A stretch of DNA of 64,000 bases from contig CAWETU010000005.1 of NCBI GenBank assembly GCA_963812135.1, positions 64,001 to 128,000 on the forward strand, read 5' to 3'. A program made the translations under genes and the position numbers. Positions within the stretch are counted from its first letter, which is position 1. Every line of letters begins with the position of its first letter. Below are positions 13,117 to 21,757 of the stretch, piece after piece. The stretch comes from Vulcanimicrobiota bacterium (GTDB lineage: Bacteria > Vulcanimicrobiota > Vulcanimicrobiia > Eremiobacterales > Eremiobacteraceae). The notes below the pieces were generated by a model. It did no database searches. It worked only from the letters and a program-made list of their open reading frames with translations, and was not told the DNA's origin.

Positions 13117-13911
13117 GTGGATAGACAACATATCGTCGACAAAGCGCGGGCGCAGTTCTCTGCGACCGCCGAACAATACGTCCGCAGCGTAAGGCACGCG
13201 GCGGGCGATGATTTGGCGCGCCTGGTGGACCTCGCCGCGCTGCGCGGCGACGAGCGCGTGTTGGACATCGCCACCGGCGCGGGCCATACCGCGCTCGCGT
13301 TCGCCCCGCACGTCGCCAGCGTGGTCGCCAGCGATCTCACGCCGCGCATGCTCGAGCTCGCCGGCCAGCTCGCGGTCGAGCGCGGTGTCAACAACGTGAC
13401 GTTTGTCCTCGCCCAGGCCGAGGCGCTGCCGTTCGAAGCGGACAGCTTTGATGTCGTCACTTGTCGTGTCGCGCCGCATCATTTCGCGGATCCGCTTGCA
13501 TTCGTCAACGAGACGGCGCGCGTGTTGCGGCCGGGTGGCCGTTTCTTGCTGGACGACCAAATGGCGCCCGAGGATCCGGAGCTCGACGAATTCGTCAACA
13601 CATTCGAGCGCTGGCGCGACCCCAGCCATGTGCGTGCGTATACGCCGAACGAATGGTGTCGGTGGATCGAGGCCGCCGGCATGCAAGTGGAACACGTCGA
13701 ATCGAGCCAACGCGGCTCGTATGAGTTCGCCGATTGGACCGAGCGGTCGAAAATGCCGCAACCCGACCGCGAAGCGCTCGAACGCTGGCTGATCGCGGCG
13801 CCAGCGCGCTGTGCGGAGTTCTATCGTATCAAGATAGAAGACGGACATGTGCTGTCGTTGCGCGCGTGCTTCTCAATCATCGTCGCTTCACGGCCGGAGG
13901 TATCCCCATGA
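13117..13911 (+). CDS. Class I SAM-dependent methyltransferase
   Basis: VLDIATGAGHTA, AEALPFEADSFDVVTCR, RVLRPGG, RDPSHVR. Confidence 0.85.
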   Translation: MDRQHIVDKARAQFSATAEQYVRSVRHAAGDDLARLVDLAALRGDERVLDIATGAGHTALAFAPHVASVVASDLTPRMLELAGQLAVERGVNNVTFVLAQAEALPFEADSFDVVTCRVAPHHFADPLAFVNETARVLRPGGRFLLDDQMAPEDPELDEFVNTFERWRDPSHVRAYTPNEWCRWIEAAGMQVEHVESSQRGSYEFADWTERSKMPQPDREALERWLIAAPARCAEFYRIKIEDGHVLSLRACFSIIVASRPEVSP

Positions 13912-14399
13912 TCGCTCTTCTCGCCTCGCTCGCGCTGCTCGTCGCGGCGAGCCCGCCTGTGCCGACCGCCGCGGCGGCCGCGCAAGCGCATAAAGCGGAG
14001 GCCCAAAAAGCGATCGACACTGGCAACGCCGCATACATCGCGACGTGGCAACGCGATGATGCCCACGGTTTCGCGCAACTTTTCACTGAGAACGCCGCCT
14101 CCATCGCCGACGATGGGACGATCACTCGAGGGCGCGCGACGATCGAAGCCGCGCGGGTGAAGCAGTTCGCGGCGTTCTTGTTGCTCAAAGGGACGATCAC
14201 GACCGAGGATCTCGTCGTCGAGGACGATACCGCGTATGAGATGGGCAGCTACTCGTTCACCATCAAGCCTAAGGACAAGGCGTCGGTGGCCCTCACCGGC
14301 CGGTACTTGACGATCTGGCAGCGGCAACCTGACGGCCACTGGTTGATCAAAACCGATTCTGGTCTTTCCGACCGGACCTGCACGAAGGCGGCAGCATGA
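13908..14399 (+). CDS. Secreted NTF2/SnoaL-like (DUF4440) protein
   Basis: GGAGG RBS, signal peptide, GRYLTIWQRQPDGHWLI. Confidence 0.75.
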   Translation: MIALLASLALLVAASPPVPTAAAAAQAHKAEAQKAIDTGNAAYIATWQRDDAHGFAQLFTENAASIADDGTITRGRATIEAARVKQFAAFLLLKGTITTEDLVVEDDTAYEMGSYSFTIKPKDKASVALTGRYLTIWQRQPDGHWLIKTDSGLSDRTCTKAAA

Positions 14400-14974
14400 C
14401 GACGGCGTGCACGAATTGCAACGCGCCGCTGCCCGAGGGCGCGAACTTCTGTCCGAAATGCGGAGCGTTCGCGAGCGCGAAGGATGGCACCGCGCCGTCC
14501 AGAGGCATGCCGAAATGGGTCATCGGATTGCTGATCGCGGCTGCGGTGCTCTTCATCTCGATACCCGTGCTGGGGATCGTGGCGGCGATCGCGATCCCGA
14601 ACTTCATCCACGCCAAAGCTGAGAGCATGACGATGGCCGACGAGAACAATCTCAAGCGGATCGCCTTGGCGCTCGAGCAATACGCGGTGGATCACGACGG
14701 TAAGTATCCGCAGAACCTGCCGCAGCTGGTGCCGGCGTATATCGCCAAGCTACCGGTCGTGCCCGGCGGCGACGGCACAGGCGCGTACGATTACCATCAC
14801 CCGGCATCGATGGCCGCCGACGGCAAGTATGAGATCTGGGATGACGGTTCGATGGACTCCACGACGCTCGCAAATTTGCCGCAAGGCGTGGGCGGCAAAC
14901 GCTGCGGCACCGAATGCAAATATGTCGTCTATGCTGACGGCGTCGGAATTATCGGAGTGTCGGGGCAGCAGTAA
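14396..14974 (+). CDS. Zinc-ribbon plus pseudopilin (GspG-like) domain membrane protein
   Basis: CTNC...CPKC, TM segment ending AAIAIPNF, NLKRIALALEQYAVDHDGKYP. Confidence 0.65.
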   Translation: MTTACTNCNAPLPEGANFCPKCGAFASAKDGTAPSRGMPKWVIGLLIAAAVLFISIPVLGIVAAIAIPNFIHAKAESMTMADENNLKRIALALEQYAVDHDGKYPQNLPQLVPAYIAKLPVVPGGDGTGAYDYHHPASMAADGKYEIWDDGSMDSTTLANLPQGVGGKRCGTECKYVVYADGVGIIGVSGQQ

Positions 14975-14977
14975 GCG

Positions 14978-15442
14978 CTACTGTCCGATCAACGCGGCGT
15001 GGATCCCCGAGCTCTGGCAATAACGGATGCCGGTGGTCGCGCCGTTGAAGTCGGGCAGCTGGGAGAGCGTGTCGGTCTCGTGGTTGTCGCCATCAATGAT
15101 CTTATATGCGTCGAGTGCCAGACACACGCCGTTTCCCGGCACGCGATAGTGGTACGATCCGCCGGCCGGGTCCACTGGCGTCACCGTCATGTATGGATTG
15201 TTGGGGCCGCCAAAAAGCGCCGCGTCGACCGGCGCGCTGGCCGCCGGGTATTGCCCGCTGTGGTCGACGGCGTACTCCTCGAGCGCGGTCGCGATCTGCT
15301 TCAGGTTCCCCTCGCAGGAGACGGTCTGCGCTTGCGCTCGCGCGTGCAAGTAATTTGGGATGAGGATAGCCGCGAGAATCGCGATGATCGCGACCACGAT
15401 GAGGAGTTCGAGAAGCGTAAAGCCACGAACAGCCCTATTCAT
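14978..15442 (-). CDS. Type IV pilin / pseudopilin with prepilin cleavage site
   Basis: RGFTLLELLIVVAIIAILAAILIPNY class III signal. Confidence 0.88.
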   Translation of the reverse strand: MNRAVRGFTLLELLIVVAIIAILAAILIPNYLHARAQAQTVSCEGNLKQIATALEEYAVDHSGQYPAASAPVDAALFGGPNNPYMTVTPVDPAGGSYHYRVPGNGVCLALDAYKIIDGDNHETDTLSQLPDFNGATTGIRYCQSSGIHAALIGQ

Positions 15443-15501
15443 GCACCTACGTTATATGATATCGCGAGCGCGCGAGAATGAGCGCTGGATTGGAGAATGC
15501 G

Positions 15502-15909
15502 ATGGCGGACATTAAGAAAACCGACGAAGAGTGGCGTCAGTCACTCACGCCCGAGCAGTACCAGGTGTTGCGCTGCGCCGGCACCGAGCGCCCCTTCACC
15601 GGCGCGCTGCTCCACAACAAAAATCAAGGCACGTATACGTGCGCGGCGTGCGGCAACGAGCTGTTCGCCTCGGGCACCAAGTTTGATTCCGGCAGCGGCT
15701 GGCCAAGCTTCACCGAGCCCGCCAATACCGCCAACGTCACCCTGATCGACGACGACAGCCACGGGATGCACCGCGTCGAGGTGCGCTGCAAGCGCTGCGG
15801 TTCTCACTTAGGACATGTGTTCGACGACGGACCCGGCCCGACCGGGCAACGTTATTGCATCAACTCGCTCGCGCTGGACTTCAAAGGCGCCGGAGACAAG
15901 CCGGACTAG
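15502..15909 (+). CDS. msrB: Peptide-methionine (R)-S-oxide reductase
   Basis: GTERPF, KFDSGSGWPSF, CGSHLGHVFDDGP, RYCINS. Confidence 0.95.
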   Translation: MADIKKTDEEWRQSLTPEQYQVLRCAGTERPFTGALLHNKNQGTYTCAACGNELFASGTKFDSGSGWPSFTEPANTANVTLIDDDSHGMHRVEVRCKRCGSHLGHVFDDGPGPTGQRYCINSLALDFKGAGDKPD

Positions 15910-15913
15910 CGAC

Positions 15914-16501
15914 GTGCCTGAGAAGAACACGCGCTATGGCGAAGCCACCGACGTCAGCGCTCTCAAAGTGTTGCTCATCTTTCTCGCGGCGGTGGTCGTC
16001 ACGATCGTCCTGCTCGGAGTGTGGATGCTCGCGCTGCACAACAAAGGCAGCCGGCCAGACTACCGCGATCAGAGCCGGGTCACCGTCATCAACGACGCCA
16101 CCGATCGAGCACAGCTCGATGCGATGCGCAGATCAGGCGTTGATCTTTCAAGGCCGGTGACAATGACGCATTTGCTCTACGTGCCGAGCGAAGGCTTCGC
16201 GCAAGATGCCGAAGACTCGCTGCGGGGCGACTACACCGTGACCATCGAGAAAGCGGTGCCCGCGCGCCCGGATCGCGAATGGCTCGTCATCGCGATGCGG
16301 ACAACGGTGCCGACGATGGATTACTTGCGCCAGTCCCGCTTGCAATTCGAGGATCTGGCGATCAAGTCGGGCGGCGATTACGCCGGATGGGCAATCGCGA
16401 AGCAGCGCCTCAACATCCGCGCTGTGAAAAAAGCGGAAGCTGACGTTCCAATGGGTACAGGAGCAACAAGAATCTCCTCGGTACGGCTTCTGACCTCTTA
16501 G
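15914..16501 (+). CDS. Membrane-anchored RraB-like domain protein
   Basis: One TM helix, then G-D-LS-P...H...LA...GGDYAGW pattern; start uncertain. Confidence 0.5.
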   Translation: MPEKNTRYGEATDVSALKVLLIFLAAVVVTIVLLGVWMLALHNKGSRPDYRDQSRVTVINDATDRAQLDAMRRSGVDLSRPVTMTHLLYVPSEGFAQDAEDSLRGDYTVTIEKAVPARPDREWLVIAMRTTVPTMDYLRQSRLQFEDLAIKSGGDYAGWAIAKQRLNIRAVKKAEADVPMGTGATRISSVRLLTS

Positions 16502-16531
16502 GCCTACGCATCCTTCTGAGGGGAGAGCGAC

Positions 16532-17353
16532 ATGGCTGACATCAAGCGGAGTGAATTCGTCAAACTGGTCAGCGTGCTTGGCGCGACCGCCGCGCTGACC
16601 ACGGACTGCGCGCAGAAGACGCCTTCAGGCAGCACGCCGTCTGGCGCGGTCGCGCAAGCGCCGGCGCAAACGAAAACGCCCGTCACCGAACCCGAAGCGT
16701 TTGAGTTTCTCAGCTCGACGGAGCAGGCGTTCATCGCGGCAGCGTGCGATCGCATCATCCCCGCCGATCCGCCCGGCCCGAGCGCGACCGCTGCTGGCGT
16801 GCCGTATTACATCGATCACCAGTTGGCCGGCGCGTGGGGCAACGGCGCCAGGCTCTACCGCCAAGGCCCGTGGCAAGCCGGCACTCCCGAGCAAGGCTAT
16901 CAGCTCGCGATGATCCCGCAGCAAGTATATCGCACCGCGATCCGCGCGATCGACGTGTATTGCACCAAGCAATTCAGCGGAAATTTCGCCGGTCTTACCA
17001 CTGCGCAACAGGACCAAGTGCTCTCAGGCCTCGAGAAGGGCACGATAGACCTTGGCGTGGTGCCGGCTGCGACGTTCTTCGCGATGTTGCTCGCCAACAC
17101 GATCGAAGGGTACTTCGCGGATCCGATGTACGGCGGCAACCGCGACAAAGCGGGTTGGGTGATGATCGGCTTTCCGGGCGTCGCAGCCGTGTACACCAAC
17201 CTCATCGATCAGAACGACAATAAAGCGTACGTCGTACCTCCGATCAGCATCTCTGACGTGGAACAAGGTCTGGTGCGCGACGACATGGACCAGGGTCATG
17301 TCGCGCTGGTGCGCCCCATGCACCCGGCTGCGCACGGCGCGAAGGGACGGTAG
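16532..17353 (+). CDS. Gluconate 2-dehydrogenase subunit 3 (gamma) family
   Basis: KR-type Tat-like signal; DRIIP, YIDHQLAG, EGYFADPMYGGN, GWVMIGFPG. Confidence 0.85.
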   Translation: MADIKRSEFVKLVSVLGATAALTTDCAQKTPSGSTPSGAVAQAPAQTKTPVTEPEAFEFLSSTEQAFIAAACDRIIPADPPGPSATAAGVPYYIDHQLAGAWGNGARLYRQGPWQAGTPEQGYQLAMIPQQVYRTAIRAIDVYCTKQFSGNFAGLTTAQQDQVLSGLEKGTIDLGVVPAATFFAMLLANTIEGYFADPMYGGNRDKAGWVMIGFPGVAAVYTNLIDQNDNKAYVVPPISISDVEQGLVRDDMDQGHVALVRPMHPAAHGAKGR

Positions 17354-17359
17354 GCGAGC

Positions 17360-19120
17360 ATGGCTACGAAACTCAAATCCGTCGACGCGCTCACGATCGG
17401 CGTGGGCTGGACCGGCGGCATCGTCGCGGCCGAACTCACCAAGGCCGGCATGCACGTCGTTGGACTGGAGCGCGGCGAGTATCGCAACACGTCGCCCGAT
17501 TTCCAGGTGCCACAGATCCACGATGAATTGTCGTATGCTGTCAGGCTTCGGCTGATGCAAGACGCAGCGGTCGAGACCGTCACGTTTCGCAACGACGCGA
17601 GCCAGACCGCGTTGCCGCTGCGCTACCTGATCTCGTTTTTGCCGGGCATCGGGCTCGGCGGTGCCGGCGTTCATTGGAACGGCACGACGTGGCGCTTCCT
17701 CCCCTGGGACTTCGAGACGCGCAGCCGCACCATCGCGCGCTACGGCTCCTCGATGCTCAGCCCCGACTGCACCAGTCAGGATTGGGGGATCACCTACGAC
17801 GAGCTCGAGCCGTACTACGACCGCTTCGAATACCAGGCCGGCATCGCAGGCAAAGCAGGCAATATCAAAGGCAAGGTCCAGGCAGGCGGCAATCCGTTCG
17901 AAGGCCCGCGTTCGCGTGAGTATCCGAATCCGCCGATGAGGGTCGCGTACGCGAGCAAGCTCTTCCGTGACGCGACGACGAAACTCGGCTATCACCCGTT
18001 CATCATGCCGTCGGCCAACGTCACGCGCGGGTATACGAACCCCGACGGCGCCACGTTTGGCGCGTGCGCGTATTGCGGCTATTGCGAGCGGTTCGCGTGC
18101 GAGATGTACGCGAAATCGAGCCCGCAGCTCGCTGTGCTTCCGGTCGCGATGAAGACCGGCCGCTACGATCTGCGCCTTGGCGTCAACGTCGTCAAGATCA
18201 ATCTCGACAGCGCAAAGCGGCGCGCGGTGAGCGTCACTTATGTCGACGGCGCGGGCCGCGAATTCGAGCAGCCGGCGGACATGATCTTCTTGACGTCGTT
18301 CATCTTCAACAACGTGCGGCTCTTGCTGGTGTCGGGCATCGGCACGCCGTACGATGCGCGCACCGGCGCAGGCGTTATCGGGCGCAACTACGCGTATCAG
18401 GCGAACACCGGCGCGAGCTATTTCTTTGACGACCAGACCTTCAACCCGTTCATGGGCGCGGGCGCGAACGGCATGGTCTTCGACGATTTCAACGGCGACA
18501 ATTTCAATCACGCCGGGCTCGGCTTCATCGGCGGCGCCGATATCAGCGTTAACCCGACCGGCGGGCGGCCGATCCAATACCATCCGGTGCCGGCGGGTAC
18601 GCCGGGCTGGGGCGCGGCCTGGAAACAAGCCGTCGCGAAATGGTACAGCCATGCGTTCAACGTCAACGCGCAGGGCGGCGTGCAGTCGTATCGCGGCAAC
18701 TACCTCGATCTCGATCCGACGTATCGCGACGCGTATGGTCTGCCGCTGCTGCGCATGACGTTCGATTGGGGTCCCAGCGAACACAAGCAGTCCGAATACA
18801 TGGCGGGCGTGTTGACCAAACTCGGCAAGGCGCTCGGCGCGAGTCAGATGCAAGCCCGCCCCATCACCAAGCGCTACACGACGCAGGCATATCAAAGCAC
18901 GCATAACACGGGCGGCGCGATCATGGGCTCGGATCCGAGCACGAGCGCGGTCAACAAGTATCTGCAGAGCTGGGATGTGTCTAATCTTTTCGTGTTAGGC
19001 GCAAGCTCGTTTCCACAGAACGCGGGTTATAACCCGACCGGCACGGTCGGTGGGCTCGCATACCATACGACCGATGCGGTGCTCAAGCGCTACATCAAGA
19101 AACCCGGACCGCTCGTCTGA
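17360..19120 (+). CDS. GMC oxidoreductase, gluconate 2-dehydrogenase flavoprotein subunit
   Basis: GVGWTG FAD motif, GGAGVHWNG, CAYCGYCERFAC, YQSTHNTGG, NPTGT. Confidence 0.88.
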   Translation: MATKLKSVDALTIGVGWTGGIVAAELTKAGMHVVGLERGEYRNTSPDFQVPQIHDELSYAVRLRLMQDAAVETVTFRNDASQTALPLRYLISFLPGIGLGGAGVHWNGTTWRFLPWDFETRSRTIARYGSSMLSPDCTSQDWGITYDELEPYYDRFEYQAGIAGKAGNIKGKVQAGGNPFEGPRSREYPNPPMRVAYASKLFRDATTKLGYHPFIMPSANVTRGYTNPDGATFGACAYCGYCERFACEMYAKSSPQLAVLPVAMKTGRYDLRLGVNVVKINLDSAKRRAVSVTYVDGAGREFEQPADMIFLTSFIFNNVRLLLVSGIGTPYDARTGAGVIGRNYAYQANTGASYFFDDQTFNPFMGAGANGMVFDDFNGDNFNHAGLGFIGGADISVNPTGGRPIQYHPVPAGTPGWGAAWKQAVAKWYSHAFNVNAQGGVQSYRGNYLDLDPTYRDAYGLPLLRMTFDWGPSEHKQSEYMAGVLTKLGKALGASQMQARPITKRYTTQAYQSTHNTGGAIMGSDPSTSAVNKYLQSWDVSNLFVLGASSFPQNAGYNPTGTVGGLAYHTTDAVLKRYIKKPGPLV

Positions 19121-19174
19121 ACCATCCCTCTAGCACAGGTTTTGCTCATCTGGTGACCCAACGTTTAGCGCGCT

Positions 19175-19259
19175 GGAGGGATGGCTGAGTGGTTGATAGC
19201 GACGGCCTTGAAAGCCGTTAGGCCGAAAGGTCTCGTGGGTTCAAATCCCACTCCCTCCT
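19175..19259 (+). tRNA. tRNA-Ser (anticodon TGA), long variable arm, CCA not encoded
   Basis: GGAGGGA/TCCCTCC acceptor stem, ACGGC-CTTGAAA-GCCGT anticodon arm, AGGCC-GAAA-GGTCT variable arm, GTGGG-TTCAAAT-CCCAC T arm. Confidence 0.95.
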
Positions 19260-19260
19260 G

Positions 19261-19539
19261 ATGCCACGCCTCCACCTGCGGCTGCGCGGTCGCGTTCAAG
19301 GCGTCTTCTTCCGCACGAGCGCGGTGGAGCAAGCGCGCAACCTCGGGCTCACCGGCTGGATCCGCAACCGCTTCGATGGCAGCATCGAGATGATCGCCGA
19401 GGGGAACGCTGATTCGATCGCCGTCATGCGCTCGTGGTGTGCGCACGGGCCGGCTGGCGCGAACGTTCGCGACGTTGAAGAGCTCAAAGCAAGCGCTACC
19501 GGCGAGTTCGTCGAGTTCCGCGTTCGTTCAGACGCGTAA
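19261..19539 (+). CDS. acyP: Acylphosphatase
   Basis: GRVQGVFFR, GWIRNRFDGSIE, WCAHGP. Confidence 0.9.
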   Translation: MPRLHLRLRGRVQGVFFRTSAVEQARNLGLTGWIRNRFDGSIEMIAEGNADSIAVMRSWCAHGPAGANVRDVEELKASATGEFVEFRVRSDA

Positions 19540-20143
19540 GATCGACCGGCGTATCGACGTCGTCGAACGCGTCGATGTCGAGAGCATCCACAAATACCAG
19601 CCGCTGTTTCTGGGCGGCGGCGTATCGTTTGGCGCCGCGGTCCCCCTTTAGGCGCGCGAGCGCGGCGAAATCTTTGCGCGGGAACAGCACCGGCGCGCCC
19701 CACACGCCTGCTGCGCGCAGCGCCACGACCGCCGTCGCGCTCCCGGCGCCCATCATGCGATCGAGGTCCGCTGAAATCACGAAGGGCTGATCACCCAGCA
19801 TGATGATGCACGCGTCGTCATTGCGGTGCGCGCGCAGACCGCACCGGATCGACGAGGCGATGCCCGCGCGCCACTCGTCGTTGACCGCGATGCTGCAGCG
19901 TCGCGCGTCTACGCCAGCGAGCACCGATCCGGCGTGCGCACCGAGTACGAGCGTGCAGGTCGACGCCGACGACCCGCACGCGGCGTCGATCGCCCGCTGC
20001 AGCAGCGGATCGCGACCGAGGAGCGCGACGAGTTTGCCCGGCCTCGAGCCGGCGCGACCCGGTGCGGAGCGTTTCGCGGCACCACGCTCGAAGCGCCGGC
20101 CTGCGCCAGCCGCCAGCACGATGCAGCCGATGCGGGAAGTCAG
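19496..20143 (-). CDS. Molybdenum cofactor cytidylyltransferase-like nucleotidyltransferase (MocA/YgfJ family)
   Basis: IVLAAGAGRRF, GIASSI, LGDQP, PVLF, GDRGAK, DVDTPVD; start uncertain (CTG 20143 or GTG 20119). Confidence 0.8.
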   Translation of the reverse strand: MTSRIGCIVLAAGAGRRFERGAAKRSAPGRAGSRPGKLVALLGRDPLLQRAIDAACGSSASTCTLVLGAHAGSVLAGVDARRCSIAVNDEWRAGIASSIRCGLRAHRNDDACIIMLGDQPFVISADLDRMMGAGSATAVVALRAAGVWGAPVLFPRKDFAALARLKGDRGAKRYAAAQKQRLVFVDALDIDAFDDVDTPVDLTRLNERGTRRTRR

Positions 20144-20919
20144 CGCAGCCTCCAGCGCTTCGTCTGCGCCGTTTGCGAGGCAGCGACGAGCGCGCTCAGC
20201 TCGACGTCAGCCAACGCGGCGGCTAACGCCGTCACCCGTGGATCCTCCGGTCCGCTGTCTACCTTATTGATGAGCACCGCGAACCTCGCTTCTTCGTCCA
20301 CGTCGGCGCACCGAGTCTCGTATTCGCGTACGATGGCGGCGACGTGCTCTGGGCGCAGGGCCGCGCCCATCGGCGCGCCGCTGAGCGCTGCGATCCGCTC
20401 AGGGCGGTGCAGATGCTCCTCCTCGATCGGTGCGCCGAGCGCGTCGAGTCCGATCACGACGACAAGCAACGTCGTCGTCGACGCAAGCACGGGTTCGTGT
20501 TCCGCGGGCGCCTTGAACGGCTTCATGCGCGCACCATCAGCTTCGTTGACGACATAACGCGCGCCGCAACGGAAGAACAGCTCGTCGGCGATCTCCGGCG
20601 ACACCGAGCGCAAACGTCCTTCGCGAACACCCGAACCGACAGCGATCAGCTTGGAGCGCACGAAAGCCGCAGCGACCAGCTCGTGCAGCGAACGATCGGG
20701 CAACGGCGCTTCCCAGTCGACCAGCGGCACGTCCGCCGGCGGCGCACCGGCCTTCGTCGTCGTCGTGACGATCGTCGGCCCGGCGCCTGAGAGCTCGCGC
20801 GCGAGCGACCACAGCGTCGTCGTCTTGCCGCCGCCCCCTACGAGCGCGACGTGCTCGCTCGGGCCGAGACCGAATGCGTCAGTCCACGAACGGCACGGTT
20901 CGAGCGTCTGCATCGTCAC
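20140..20919 (-). CDS. yqeC: Selenium-dependent molybdenum hydroxylase accessory protein YqeC
   Basis: VGGGGKTT, TTTTK, EADGARMKPFKAPAEHEPV, HRPE, INKVD. Confidence 0.85.
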   Translation of the reverse strand: MTMQTLEPCRSWTDAFGLGPSEHVALVGGGGKTTTLWSLARELSGAGPTIVTTTTKAGAPPADVPLVDWEAPLPDRSLHELVAAAFVRSKLIAVGSGVREGRLRSVSPEIADELFFRCGARYVVNEADGARMKPFKAPAEHEPVLASTTTLLVVVIGLDALGAPIEEEHLHRPERIAALSGAPMGAALRPEHVAAIVREYETRCADVDEEARFAVLINKVDSGPEDPRVTALAAALADVELSALVAASQTAQTKRWRLR

Positions 20920-21698
20920 GGCGCGAAGTTCTTGAGGACGTCCGTCATCGCGTCGTGGATCGCGCCGTTGCTCGCCACGATCTGACGTCCATCGAGCGCC
21001 ATCGGGCCGCCGCGATAATCGCTCACGCGACCGCCAGCCTGCTCGACGATGAGCGCACCAGCCGCGATATCCCACGCGTGCAAGTCCGGCTCCCAGAATC
21101 CGTCGAACCGGCCTGCGGCGACGTAGCACAGATCGAGCGCCGCCGATCCGTCGCGCCGCAGCGCCTGGCTGCGTACCATGAGTTCTTCGAACGGCGCGAG
21201 ATTCGGCGGTTCGCCGCCGGCGAATGGCGGAAACCCGGTCACCAACATCGCGTCGCGCATGTCCGCCGTCTTGGAAACGGCGATCGCGCCGCCGTTGCAG
21301 CGCGCAGCTTCGCCGCGCTGCGCGACAAACAGCTCATCGCGCATCGGATCGTACACGACGCCCAAAACGACGTCACCCTTCGATGCGAACGCGATCGAGA
21401 CCGCGAACAGCGGATAGCCGTGCGTGAAGTTGGTCGTGCCGTCGAGCGGATCGATGATCCAGCGCGCATCGCCGCCGCCGCGCAGTCCTTCTTCTTCACC
21501 AAGCACCGCGTCGCCGGGGAAGCTCGCTGCGATCTCGCGCCTGATGAGCGCTTCTGATTCCGTGTCCGCGTCGGTCACCAGATTGGAACGCACGCCTTTG
21601 GATCGGATCTGCAGATGCCGGCCGAATTTGGTTCGGAGCAACTCGCCGGCGTCACGCGCGACGCGCTCTGCGAGCGTAAGCCGTTCGGTCCACGACAT
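20916..21698 (-). CDS. suhB: Inositol monophosphatase family protein
   Basis: LVTDAD, GEE, WIIDPLDGTTNF, GSAALDLCYVAAG, WDIAAG. Confidence 0.9.
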   Translation of the reverse strand: MSWTERLTLAERVARDAGELLRTKFGRHLQIRSKGVRSNLVTDADTESEALIRREIAASFPGDAVLGEEEGLRGGGDARWIIDPLDGTTNFTHGYPLFAVSIAFASKGDVVLGVVYDPMRDELFVAQRGEAARCNGGAIAVSKTADMRDAMLVTGFPPFAGGEPPNLAPFEELMVRSQALRRDGSAALDLCYVAAGRFDGFWEPDLHAWDIAAGALIVEQAGGRVSDYRGGPMALDGRQIVASNGAIHDAMTDVLKNFAP

Positions 21699-21757
21699 GC
21701 GTGCCGCTTCGCGCGCAGACAAGGTTCATCATTCACCGCGTTGAACTATGCTCGACC

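Noticed and set aside
17024..18904. Long antisense or alternative-frame ORFs (e.g. 17024-18904, 32033-34042, 51577-52986)
   Set aside because: Shadow ORFs typical of high-GC codon bias opposite well-supported genes; no recognisable motifs
19175..19300. tRNA-Ser as an integration site or island boundary
   Set aside because: No integrase and no duplicate of the tRNA 3' end seen in the window; flanking genes are housekeeping
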